From NCBI GenBank assembly GCA_007125455.1, contig SLDE01000019.1, positions 1-56,590 on the forward strand: a DNA stretch of 56,590 bases, read 5' to 3'. This DNA comes from Ectothiorhodospiraceae bacterium. GTDB taxonomy: Bacteria; Pseudomonadota; Gammaproteobacteria; Thiohalomonadales; Thiohalomonadaceae. Within the stretch, counting starts at the first letter, position 1; every line of letters starts with the position of its first letter. The translations under genes and the position numbers were made by a program. Shown here one piece after another: positions 11,793 through 21,092 of this stretch. Under the pieces are notes generated by a model. It had not been told where the DNA came from, did no database searches, and saw nothing but the letters and a program-made list of their open reading frames with translations.

Positions 11793-11801
11793 GCATCTAT
11801 T

Positions 11802-12647
11802 ATGGAATCGCAAAAGCAACACCCCAAACAGTTTTCCCTCGAGTTCTTCCCGCCCAAGAGCGATGAAGGGCAGGCCAAGTTGGCCGAAACCCGCGCGCAA
11901 CTGGCCAAACTCAAGCCGCGTTATGTATCGGTAACCTTTGGTGCCGGTGGCTCCACCCAGGCTGGTACCGTCGAGACCGTGCGCAGCATGCTTGATGCCG
12001 GGCTGGATACCGCCCCCCACCTGAGCTGTATCGGCTCCAGCGAGGAAGAGATCCGCAGTCTGCTCAGTCAGTATCAAGCCATGGGCGTCAAGCGCATCGT
12101 GGCCCTGCGCGGTGACATGCCCTCGGGTATGCGTGAGGGCGGGGCCTTCACTTACGCCAACGAGCTGGTGAGCTTCATTCGTGCCGAAACCGGCGATCAC
12201 TTCCACATCGAGGTGGCAGCCTATCCTGAGTTCCACCCCCAGGCCCCCAGTGCTGAGGCCGATCTGGATAACTTTGCCCACAAGGTAGAGGCGGGGGCCA
12301 ACGCGGCGATCACCCAGTATTTCTACAGCGTAGACGCCTATTTGCGCTTTATTGAAGAGTGTGAAAAACGCGAGGTAGCGATCCCCATCGTGCCAGGGAT
12401 CATGCCGATCACCAACATCAAGCAACTGGCGCGCTTCTCGGCGATGTGCGGCGCGGAGATCCCGCGCTGGCTGCGCCTGCGCCTGGAGGCCTATGGTGAG
12501 GACACCCGCTCACTGCGCGCCTTTGGCCTGGATGTCACCAGCGAATTGTGCCGTCGCCTGCTTGAAGCCGGAGCCCCCGGTCTGCACTTCTATACCATGA
12601 ATCAGACCGAACCGACCCGCATCGTTTGGACCAACCTGGGGCTCTAG
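11802..12647 (+). CDS. metF: 5,10-methylenetetrahydrofolate reductase
   Basis: 281-aa ORF, ...FSLEFFPPKSDEG...VTFGAGGST..., MetF-like. Confidence 0.9.
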   Translation: MESQKQHPKQFSLEFFPPKSDEGQAKLAETRAQLAKLKPRYVSVTFGAGGSTQAGTVETVRSMLDAGLDTAPHLSCIGSSEEEIRSLLSQYQAMGVKRIVALRGDMPSGMREGGAFTYANELVSFIRAETGDHFHIEVAAYPEFHPQAPSAEADLDNFAHKVEAGANAAITQYFYSVDAYLRFIEECEKREVAIPIVPGIMPITNIKQLARFSAMCGAEIPRWLRLRLEAYGEDTRSLRAFGLDVTSELCRRLLEAGAPGLHFYTMNQTEPTRIVWTNLGL

Positions 12648-12657
12648 CGGTACGCAC

Positions 12658-13389
12658 ATGGCCCGTATTCCACGCATCTATCACCCAGAGCCCTTACAGG
12701 GAAGCCGGGAGGTACAACTCAGCGAACAGGCCGCGCAGCACGTGGGGCGGGTATTACGTCTGGGGGTAGGGGCCGAGCTGATCCTGTTTGACGGCTTGGG
12801 TGGCGAATATACCGCCTGCCTGGTGGAGAGCAGCAGGCGCCATGTGCGTGCGAAATTGCTTGGATTCGTGGCGCGCGACAGTGAGTCGCCGCTATCCATC
12901 ACCCTGGCCCAGGGCGTCTCCAAGGGCGAGCGGATGGACTACACCCTGCAAAAGGCCGTGGAGTTGGGGGTCACACATATCGTGCCCCTTGATACCGAGC
13001 GCTCAGTCGTCAACCTCAAAGGTGAACGACGCGAAAAAAAGATGGCCCATTGGCAAGGGGTGATTATCAGTGCCTGCGAGCAATGCGGACGCAACACCAT
13101 TGCGCAATTATTGCCCTGGCAAAGCCTGGACGATTGGCTCGCATCCTCTGTGGATGGGGTAGGGTTACTGCTTGATCACCGGGCAGAGACTGGCCTTGAA
13201 GGCCTAAGCCCAGCCACGGCGCTGACCCTGCTGATTGGACCGGAGGGGGGGTTGTCAGGCAGCGAACGAACCCTTGCCTCAACCCGTGGCTACCAGGGCG
13301 TACGCCTCGGCCCGCGGGTATTGCGTACCGAGACCGCCGCCCTGACCGCCATCGCCATCCTGCAATCGCGCTGGGGCGATCTGGGCTAA
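12658..13389 (+). CDS. rsmE: 16S rRNA (uracil1498-N3)-methyltransferase
   Basis: 243-aa ORF, MARIPRIYHPEPL..., with C-terminal LLIGPEGGLS...LGPRVLRTETA motif of RsmE. Confidence 0.85.
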   Translation: MARIPRIYHPEPLQGSREVQLSEQAAQHVGRVLRLGVGAELILFDGLGGEYTACLVESSRRHVRAKLLGFVARDSESPLSITLAQGVSKGERMDYTLQKAVELGVTHIVPLDTERSVVNLKGERREKKMAHWQGVIISACEQCGRNTIAQLLPWQSLDDWLASSVDGVGLLLDHRAETGLEGLSPATALTLLIGPEGGLSGSERTLASTRGYQGVRLGPRVLRTETAALTAIAILQSRWGDLG

Positions 13390-14096
13390 CGCATCTGCGC
13401 GATAAAGTGCGCCACATTGCTGATGTCGGCATCGCTCAAGGAAGCCGTCACCTGCTCCATACTGGTGTCAGAGCGGCGACGATCTTCCGGGTCACCCGTG
13501 CGGTTGGCGTTGGCCCGATAGCGCTTCAAGGTAAGCTCCACATAGGCGATCTGCTGCCCTGCCAGCCGCGCGTAACCCAATTCGCCACGCCCAGTCTCAC
13601 CATGGCAACGCACACAGCTTTGCATGTAGAGTGATTCGCCCCGGCTCACGCGGGCCTGTTCATACTCGATGGGCTTAAGCGGCTGAGAGGTATAATAGAC
13701 CGCCAGGTTTACCTTGTCCTCGAAGCTAAACTCCCGGGTCAGCGCTTGCATCACGAAATTTCGCCTTGTGCCATCGGCAAAGTGGATCATTTGCTCTACC
13801 AGGTAGGCCGGTGTCTGCTCGGCCAGGTTTGGCATATCCGATTTTACGCTATTACCGTCCACCCCGTGACAGCTGGCGCACAGCAAGGAGCGATCCTGAC
13901 CTGCGCGGATGGCCTCCTGCTTGCGCTCGGGATCCTGCAGCACCTCATTGATCGCATCGATAAGCTGTTCGCGCTCATCCTGCAGGGTTTGTGCTTGCGC
14001 ACCAAATACCGCCGTACCCAACAACAGCACCGCTGCTGCCCTAGCTGCCAAGCTGTTTACTCTATGCATTACTCTCACTCTCATCTCCCCTGGCAT
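13386..14096 (-). CDS. diheme cytochrome c4-family protein, secreted
   Basis: Two CxxCH motifs (CASCHG, CVRCHG). Each is followed by a c4-like P-LA-Q...Y...G-R....M segment. Signal peptide ...AAVLLLGTAVFGAQA. An alternative ATG at 14069 is possible. Its stop overlaps the rsmE stop by 4 nt, convergently. Confidence 0.8.
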   Translation of the reverse strand: MPGEMRVRVMHRVNSLAARAAAVLLLGTAVFGAQAQTLQDEREQLIDAINEVLQDPERKQEAIRAGQDRSLLCASCHGVDGNSVKSDMPNLAEQTPAYLVEQMIHFADGTRRNFVMQALTREFSFEDKVNLAVYYTSQPLKPIEYEQARVSRGESLYMQSCVRCHGETGRGELGYARLAGQQIAYVELTLKRYRANANRTGDPEDRRRSDTSMEQVTASLSDADISNVAHFIAQMR

Positions 14097-14103
14097 AAGC
14101 CCA

Positions 14104-14613
14104 TCATGCAGCGCTTACACCTAAATGTTCCAGCATCTTTTCCAACACATCAAGGTTGGGCACCACCACGGGTTCATCCAGATAGCGCACCCGCGCCAAC
14201 ACGACCGGCTCATTATCGCCGCCATCATCGTATTGCAGTTCGCTCTCGCCAGCGAGCACCAGGTGCGGGATCCCCATGATGGCCGTCGCAATGAACGGTA
14301 CCCGTCGATTGCCATTCAGTGTGTTGAGGATGACATAACGGCGCTGCGTGTCATCGCGCTGGCCAGATTCCTGAGACAATAAGCGTTCAAGAGAGACCAG
14401 TGGCACACTGCGTCCACGCCAGGACAGCATTCCCTCTACCCATGCCGGTAGTCCATCCATTTCCTCCAGGGGGCGAAAGTCAATCACCTCCGCCACGATG
14501 GTATTGGGTAGCAACATATCCAGCCCTGACGGCAAGGTCATGGCAAGACAACGCACCTTGGACTGCGACAACTCGCTTTCAGCACCCGCAGACTCGCTCG
14601 CAACCTGACTCAT
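14104..14613 (-). CDS. CheW-like coupling protein (ChpC-like position)
   Basis: 169-aa ORF with a CheW-domain pattern, ...LPNTIVAEVIDFRPLEE..LPAWVEGMLSWRGRSVPLVSLERLL.. Lies immediately downstream of chpA. Confidence 0.8.
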   Translation of the reverse strand: MSQVASESAGAESELSQSKVRCLAMTLPSGLDMLLPNTIVAEVIDFRPLEEMDGLPAWVEGMLSWRGRSVPLVSLERLLSQESGQRDDTQRRYVILNTLNGNRRVPFIATAIMGIPHLVLAGESELQYDDGGDNEPVVLARVRYLDEPVVVPNLDVLEKMLEHLGVSAA

Positions 14614-14650
14614 AACCTGTCTCCACCCACCTCAATTACAACACAGTAAA

Positions 14651-17600
14651 TCAATGCTTACCGATCAACTGCTCGATATTCTCCATCAGATCCACCTCGG
14701 TATAGGGTTTACCCATATAGGCATTGACGCCGATATCCATCGCACGCTGGCGATGTTTGTCGCCGGTACGCGAGGTGATCATGATGATCGGTACATCCTT
14801 GTATTTGTCTGAGTTGCGCATATGCGTGGCTAACTCGAAGCCATCCATGCGCGGCATCTCGATATCCAGCAACATCACATCCGGCACCACCTCTTCCAAT
14901 AGGGTAAGTGCATCCACACCATCCTTCGCCGTGACACAGCTGAGGTTGTGACGGGTCAGCAACCGCTCGGTGACCTTGCGCACGGTAATGGAATCGTCCA
15001 CGACCATCACCACCGGTTCGCGCTCTTCTGCCGCGCCGCCATCGAGCAACTGCTCCGGCCCCTCCTGCGCCGCCAGACCACGGCGGATCAGGGAGGGCAT
15101 ATCCAGAATGGGTGCCACGCTACCATCCGCTAGGATGGTCGCACCGGCCAGGTCGTTGAGCTGACTGAGCAGTGGCCCAAGCGATTTCACCACCACTTCA
15201 CGACTGCCGAGGAGGCTATCCACCGCCAGGGCGATACGCTGTTCACCACTTGAGGCAAGCAGTAGGGCCTGCTTACCGCTTTCACTGTGGATCACCCCCT
15301 GCCCCATACCAAGGACATGGGTCAGGTGCATCAGCTGATAATCATCGCCCAGCCACTGGTAGGTCGGGTTTTCACTGGCGAGCAGGTTTTCCAGTTCAGT
15401 CCCGCTGATCCGCTCGATGCTGCGGATCCCCATCAACGGAATCGCATAACTATCCTCAGCCACCTGCACCAACAGGGCACGACTGACCGAGAGGGTCAGC
15501 GGTAGTCGGATGGTAAAGGTGGTCCCCTTACCTGGCGTTGAATCAATATCCAGTACACCACCGAGCTGCTTGATCTCACTGCCAACCACATCCATACCGA
15601 CACCGCGACCAGAGATCTGGCTGAGTGAGTCGGCTGTGGAGAAACCGGACTGGAGGATGAAGCGGGCGATGTCGCGATCCGACAGCTTGGCATTGGGCTT
15701 CATCAAGCCACGCTCGATCGCCTTCTTGCGCACCGCGTCGATATGGATCCCGGCACCATCATCACTGACCCGCACCACGATCTCCGAACCCTCGCGGGAG
15801 AGGGCGATACGGATGTGGCCCTCTTCATCCTTGCCCGCCTGCGCACGGGTTTGACGATCTTCGATACCGTGGGCGAGTGAGTTGCGTAGCATGTGCTCCA
15901 GTGGTGCCATAAGGCGCTCAACCACGTTGCGATCCAGCTCAACCTCAACCCCGTCGAAGTCCAGACTGGCACGCTTGCCCAGTTCGGCAGCGGTTTGGCG
16001 CACCACACGACGCAGACGCGGGGCGTTTTCTACCAGCGGCACCATGCGTGTGTGGGTCAGGCTTTCTTGTAGTTCACTGTTCACTCGCGACTGCTGCAAC
16101 AGCAAGGTCTCGGTCTCACGGGTCAGACCAGTGAGCATATCCTCGATGCTGAGCAAGTCACTCAAGCTCTCCATCATTGAGCGGGAGAGTTGCTGCATAT
16201 TGGTGAAGCGGTCGAACTCCAGCGGGTCGAAGTCCTCATAACCGGCCTTCTGCGCCTCTTCACGGCTGGATTCGATCTGCGCCTCGTTCTCGATGTCAAA
16301 CTTGCGCACCTGCTCACGCAGGCGGGCGATGGTTTGGTCCATCTCACCGATGTTGCTGCGGAAGGTAGCGATCTGCTGTTCGACGCGCGAACGGTAGATA
16401 CTGACCTCACCGGCGTGATTAACCAACTCATCGAGCAGGTCGGCGCGCACGCGCACCATCTCATGCTGGATGCGTGGTGCGTGGCGCTTGTTAGCCGCCT
16501 GATCCAACTTTTCCGACGGTTTCGCTGTGGTCGCAGGGGCCTTTTCTTCCGGCTTTGCCTGCGCATCAGCCGCAGCTGCAGCCTTGTCATCAACTGGCTC
16601 TTGGGTCGGGGCGGTCTCGTCTTCCGGTGGCGCGGCGGGAACCAGGCCCTGCTGGGCCTTGGACATCTGGATCAGATCCTGGATATCGGCAATGACAAAC
16701 TGACCGTTTGCCTTTTCTTCCTGGTTTGCCACCTGACCAATGATCAGGCGCATCCGCTCAAGCGCCAAAGAGATAAGGTCGTTAGCCTTGCTCGATACCG
16801 GCACATAGCCATCACCGATGGCCGCGATCAGCGTCTGCAACACCGCGGCGATATCAACCAGCTCGGCTTGCTGCTGTTGCTCACAAGCGGCCAGCAACGC
16901 TTCACCAGCAGACAGCAAGGTATCGAACAACCCTTGATCATCGGCATCCAGCTGCCAATTGCTCAGGGCGTATTGCAGGTCGTCGACCGCACTGCTCAAG
17001 CTGCTGGTGGGCACCTGCTGCTCTACCGCCGCAGCGGTCTGCGGCTCGCTCGGCGGCTTCACCTCATCAGCAAAGAATGCCATCGCATCGTCGACCGGGT
17101 TACTGTCGCTGACCGCTGCCTCCTGCGCCGTTGCCGACTCGCTTTCCACGGCAGGCGGCTGGCTGTCGGCCGCCATCAGTTCCTCACCACTGGCAAGGGC
17201 ATCGATCTGGCGGATCAGGTCATCGCCGGTGGTCATCGGCTGACGATTGCGTACCTGCTCCAGCATCACCACTAAACGGTCGTGTGCCAACTGCAGCAGG
17301 TCCATCATCCGCGTGCTGCGCTCGATCAGGCCATCGTTCACCGCCTCAAAGGTGGTCTCCAGACTATGGCTCAGATCACCGATCGGCTTGATCTCGGCCA
17401 TGCGCGCCCCCCCCTTGAGGGTATGCAATTGCCGTTGCAGGGCATGCACCAATGACTGGTCACCCGGATTATTCACCCAGGCCTGCAAGGTCTCTTCACT
17501 GGCATCCAGGATCTCTACGCCCTCTTCCAGGAAGATCTCCAGCAGGTCCTCATCGTAGTCATCATCCAGCATCAGGCCATCGGTCGCTGGCGCCTCCGGG

Positions 17601-20600
17601 GCCTGAACATGCACCGGCTCAGCGGCCACCACCTCAGCACCCGGCGACTCGGCCTCGGCCCAGTCGTCCTCGCCATCTTCGTCCAGCAGCTCGAATGTCC
17701 AGCTTGACTCATCCTGTTCTGGTGTCTGTTCGTCTTGCTGTAATCCTTCTTCTGCTGTGACCTCTACCTGCGCTGGCGGTGCCGCCTCCTCGGCTTCTTC
17801 CACGCCCGCCAGACCGTACTCCGGCCGCTGGTTGGCGATCTCCTCCAGGTGCTGAACCTCGTTGTAGACCGCTTCTGCGAGGTTCAAGGCTTGGCTCACA
17901 TCCGGCTGCGCCAGGCTGCGGTCGGCCAGATAACCCATCATCTCGCGGGTGTAGTCACGACAGACACTCAGTGCCTCAAGACCTTTCTCACTAACGGTTT
18001 CGTGGATCGCCTGCAGTGTCTTGCAATACTTCTCCAGCCAGGCACAGACATCCGCCACCGGCATAACACCGGCCATGCGTGAGCTTCCCTTGAGGGTATG
18101 CAGGGCGCGCACCAGCGGTTCACTGACCTTGTGGCTGCCACCAGAAAGATAGAGCGCGATAAACTCATCGAGCTGCGCCAAATGGCTTTCGCTCTCTTTG
18201 CTGTAGATATCCAGCAAGACGGGGTCCAAGTCGGGGATCTCGGCTTGCGCCTCGTCCTCTTCTTCCTCATTTGGCTCGACCTCGGCCAGCGGCTCCTCTG
18301 ACGCGATATCCAGTGGCTGCTCGGCAGCGGCGGGCCTGCCTGGTGCAGCAGGCGCACTGGCTTCAACCTTGATGCCGCCAGGCTGCGCGATCTCGGTGGC
18401 CATCTGGCGCAACATTTCGGCGTCGGCGTTCGGTGCGCCACCGCTGCGGAAGCCCTCAATCAGGGCAGGAATGACCTCACGGGCCTGTTCTAGCAGATCG
18501 AACAGGGTGGCGTTGGTCTTGAGGTTGCCATCGATCACCCGGTTGAGCATGTTCTCAAAAGCCCAGGCAAACTCGCCAATCTCCAATGCCCCGACCAGGC
18601 GACCGCTGCCCTTGAGGGTGTGGAAGCTGCGGCGCAGTGTCTTGAGGCTCTCGTCATCGCCACTGTTCGCACTCCACCTGGGCAGCATCTCACCGATGCT
18701 GGCCAATTCCTCCTCGGCCTCCTCGATGAAGATCTCCAGGATCTCTTCATCGACTTCGTCTACCGGTGTATTGAGAACTGGCGGGGTGGCCTCGCTTTGC
18801 GTTGCCGTGCTGCTTGTCTTATCCGCTTGAGGCTGGGCATCCCCCTCAAGCGCGCTCCCGGTCTCCGGCTCGGGCTCGGCTTCAGGCTCGGCCGCCGCTT
18901 CAGGCTCGGCCATTGCTTCAGGCTCGGCCATTGCTTCAGGCTCGGCCATCGCTTCAGGCTCGGCCATCGCTTCAGGCTCGGCCATTGCTTCGAGCTCGGC
19001 CGCGGCTTCAGGCTCAGCCATGGCTTCGAGCTCGGCCCCGGCTTCCGACGCGGCCTGCGCCTCGGGCACGGCCTCTAGCTCAGGCTGCGTGTCCGGTGCC
19101 GACAACAATTCAATATCGCGCGAGGAGTCATCATCCTGCTCCCCGACCATAACGCCAATATCTTCGCTATCGGCCAGTGCTTCCTCATCCAGTGGCTCAC
19201 TGGCGGTGAGCACTTCTGTGGCGGAGGTATCGACATCCTCCTCAACCTCGATCCCGCCCAATGCTGGGCTATCGTCTTCATCGACGTATTCCGCAGGCTC
19301 CTGCAACAAACCAATCGGGTAGCCCAATGAGGCCACCGCCTCTTCGGCCACATCCAGCACGGAACCCGGATGCACACGACTATGAATGAATGCCTCCAGG
19401 TAGTACTCAACACTCATTATCGCGTCGGCCAGGGAGTCAAGCTTCTCGGCTTCGGGTAGCTGCTCGCCGGTTATCAGCTCCTGCTCAATGAAACCACGGC
19501 ATGAGGTGAGCACCTGGGCGACGCGTTTATAGGAAAGCAGCGTCAGGCTGCCGATAATCATGTGCAGCAGCCCAGGCAGGGGCTCAAGGATGGCCCGTTC
19601 TTGGGGTTTATCAAGGAAGGCACTCACCCCCTCGCGGACGCGGATCAGATCTTCTTTGGCCTCGCGCATCACCTGACGTGTAACGCGCTGATGCTCTGCC
19701 TCGGCCTGAGGAGTACTTTCCGTGCCTGTGATCTGCTCCTCATGGGCATCGGCCAGAACCACCGGGGCACTGCTCCCCCAATCACTCAGGGCAGACTCCA
19801 CAGCCAGGATCGCACCGGCGATCCCCATTAGGGTGTTATCGGTGGGCTCTGCCGCACCATCGAGTAATTGCTGAACAACCTGCTGCTGTTCTAGCAAGGT
19901 CTGGCGTAGCGACTCTTCCTGCAGCAGGCCAAGGGTGTCAGCCATGCTGTTAAGGCTTTGCGCCATGGGTTCAAGTGAGGCCGAACTAGTGCGATCGCTG
20001 CGCACAAAGATGTCAAAGACATCCTTGATACGTGACAGCTCTTCCATGATGTCAGCCGACACCGTCGCCTTGAGCTCGGAGTTGACCCCGCCCAGCCCAA
20101 CCTCACCACCGGGCAGTTGGCGGTCAAGTTCAAAGGCGAGGCGCACCGTTGCGGCGCGCTTGCCAGCGGCGGCATTCACGGCCAGTTGATAGAGCATCTT
20201 TTGCAGTAAAGTGGCTAGCGCTTCGTCCTGTTCGACGGGCTCCCCAGAGTCCGCAACCCGTTTGAGCTGCTGCTCCAGCTTGCCCAACAGCAACTTGTTG
20301 TCGCGGCTCAGCTCGATACTCTTATCCTGCAGGCCCTCCACCAAGGCAGCACCCACCCAGAGCAGGCGTCGCCAAACCGCCTGCTCAGCACAGGCATAAA
20401 GGCGTTCGAGCAACTTGGCAAGCATCGCCAGGCTGCTGTCTACTTCCTTATCTCTGAGCAGCTTGGCCAGGCTGGTTTGGTAAAAACGGTGGAGCTTGAG
20501 CGCCGCTTGCTGCGCCGTCGCCGAAGGACGCGGTCCGGCGGCATGGGGCGGGGTTACATGAAGATTGGGGCGAAAGAAGCTTGCGCCATCAAGCGCTTGT

Positions 20601-20995
20601 TCACCGCGCAGTTGACGCATCTCATTAAGCAGGGGCACCAGGACCGCCGGATTATCCCCCTTGCCCTCAAGCAGGCTTTCCAGGTAGTCCGGTAACTGCA
20701 GGATGGCGCGCATCAGCAATTCGTGCCCAGCCTCAGCATCACTGAGGCTGTCACCAAGCATCGCGGCGGCAAACTGCTCCATTTCACCGGCAAACATGGC
20801 CGCGCCGGTCAACTCAACGACCTGCAGCGTACCGTTTACCTGATGGATGTAGTCAATACACGCCTTCAGCGTATCCTGCTGTTCGGTATCCTCGACATAG
20901 CTCTCCAGCGCAATACGCGCCTGCTTAAGGGTTTCATCGATCTCACCCTTGACCCATGCGAGGGTACTGATATCAAACTGTTCGGCCATCTGCAT
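14651..20995 (-). CDS. chpA: multi-Hpt hybrid histidine kinase ChpA (CheA-like, C-terminal receiver)
   Basis: ORF 14651..21037 (GTG). I prefer the ATG at 20995 (MQMAEQFDIS) with GAAGG 7 nt upstream. Three HTLKG Hpt motifs (FHTLKGSGRLVG, LHTLKGSSRMAG, LHTLKGGARMAE). HATPase boxes HMLRNSLAHGIE, DDGAGI, GRGVGMDVV. CheW-like domain. Receiver VMVVDDS...LLDIEMPRMDG...GKP. Confidence 0.9.
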   Translation of the reverse strand: MQMAEQFDISTLAWVKGEIDETLKQARIALESYVEDTEQQDTLKACIDYIHQVNGTLQVVELTGAAMFAGEMEQFAAAMLGDSLSDAEAGHELLMRAILQLPDYLESLLEGKGDNPAVLVPLLNEMRQLRGEQALDGASFFRPNLHVTPPHAAGPRPSATAQQAALKLHRFYQTSLAKLLRDKEVDSSLAMLAKLLERLYACAEQAVWRRLLWVGAALVEGLQDKSIELSRDNKLLLGKLEQQLKRVADSGEPVEQDEALATLLQKMLYQLAVNAAAGKRAATVRLAFELDRQLPGGEVGLGGVNSELKATVSADIMEELSRIKDVFDIFVRSDRTSSASLEPMAQSLNSMADTLGLLQEESLRQTLLEQQQVVQQLLDGAAEPTDNTLMGIAGAILAVESALSDWGSSAPVVLADAHEEQITGTESTPQAEAEHQRVTRQVMREAKEDLIRVREGVSAFLDKPQERAILEPLPGLLHMIIGSLTLLSYKRVAQVLTSCRGFIEQELITGEQLPEAEKLDSLADAIMSVEYYLEAFIHSRVHPGSVLDVAEEAVASLGYPIGLLQEPAEYVDEDDSPALGGIEVEEDVDTSATEVLTASEPLDEEALADSEDIGVMVGEQDDDSSRDIELLSAPDTQPELEAVPEAQAASEAGAELEAMAEPEAAAELEAMAEPEAMAEPEAMAEPEAMAEPEAMAEPEAAAEPEAEPEPETGSALEGDAQPQADKTSSTATQSEATPPVLNTPVDEVDEEILEIFIEEAEEELASIGEMLPRWSANSGDDESLKTLRRSFHTLKGSGRLVGALEIGEFAWAFENMLNRVIDGNLKTNATLFDLLEQAREVIPALIEGFRSGGAPNADAEMLRQMATEIAQPGGIKVEASAPAAPGRPAAAEQPLDIASEEPLAEVEPNEEEEDEAQAEIPDLDPVLLDIYSKESESHLAQLDEFIALYLSGGSHKVSEPLVRALHTLKGSSRMAGVMPVADVCAWLEKYCKTLQAIHETVSEKGLEALSVCRDYTREMMGYLADRSLAQPDVSQALNLAEAVYNEVQHLEEIANQRPEYGLAGVEEAEEAAPPAQVEVTAEEGLQQDEQTPEQDESSWTFELLDEDGEDDWAEAESPGAEVVAAEPVHVQAPEAPATDGLMLDDDYDEDLLEIFLEEGVEILDASEETLQAWVNNPGDQSLVHALQRQLHTLKGGARMAEIKPIGDLSHSLETTFEAVNDGLIERSTRMMDLLQLAHDRLVVMLEQVRNRQPMTTGDDLIRQIDALASGEELMAADSQPPAVESESATAQEAAVSDSNPVDDAMAFFADEVKPPSEPQTAAAVEQQVPTSSLSSAVDDLQYALSNWQLDADDQGLFDTLLSAGEALLAACEQQQQAELVDIAAVLQTLIAAIGDGYVPVSSKANDLISLALERMRLIIGQVANQEEKANGQFVIADIQDLIQMSKAQQGLVPAAPPEDETAPTQEPVDDKAAAAADAQAKPEEKAPATTAKPSEKLDQAANKRHAPRIQHEMVRVRADLLDELVNHAGEVSIYRSRVEQQIATFRSNIGEMDQTIARLREQVRKFDIENEAQIESSREEAQKAGYEDFDPLEFDRFTNMQQLSRSMMESLSDLLSIEDMLTGLTRETETLLLQQSRVNSELQESLTHTRMVPLVENAPRLRRVVRQTAAELGKRASLDFDGVEVELDRNVVERLMAPLEHMLRNSLAHGIEDRQTRAQAGKDEEGHIRIALSREGSEIVVRVSDDGAGIHIDAVRKKAIERGLMKPNAKLSDRDIARFILQSGFSTADSLSQISGRGVGMDVVGSEIKQLGGVLDIDSTPGKGTTFTIRLPLTLSVSRALLVQVAEDSYAIPLMGIRSIERISGTELENLLASENPTYQWLGDDYQLMHLTHVLGMGQGVIHSESGKQALLLASSGEQRIALAVDSLLGSREVVVKSLGPLLSQLNDLAGATILADGSVAPILDMPSLIRRGLAAQEGPEQLLDGGAAEEREPVVMVVDDSITVRKVTERLLTRHNLSCVTAKDGVDALTLLEEVVPDVMLLDIEMPRMDGFELATHMRNSDKYKDVPIIMITSRTGDKHRQRAMDIGVNAYMGKPYTEVDLMENIEQLIGKH
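18880..19041. repeat. 9 tandem copies of an 18-bp unit inside chpA, encoding an (E-A-M-A-E-P)n acidic linker
   Basis: Units cttcaggctcggccattg and variants, in register at 18880, 18898, 18916 ... 19024. Five central copies are identical except for one t/c position. Protein reads AMAEPEAMAEPEAMAEPE... Confidence 0.9.
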
Positions 20996-21092
20996 AAATG
21001 TGCCTTCTACTCCTTCACCTGCCAGTATCTGTCCCACATGGCGGCATTGACCTCCCGGTGAGACATTGCACTATTCCATTCCCTTCGCAGTC

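Noticed and set aside
18880-19041. Tandem repeats as a CRISPR array (also 52986-53069)
   Set aside because: The units are contiguous with no spacers. One array is in-frame coding sequence, and the other is a 7-nt microsatellite.
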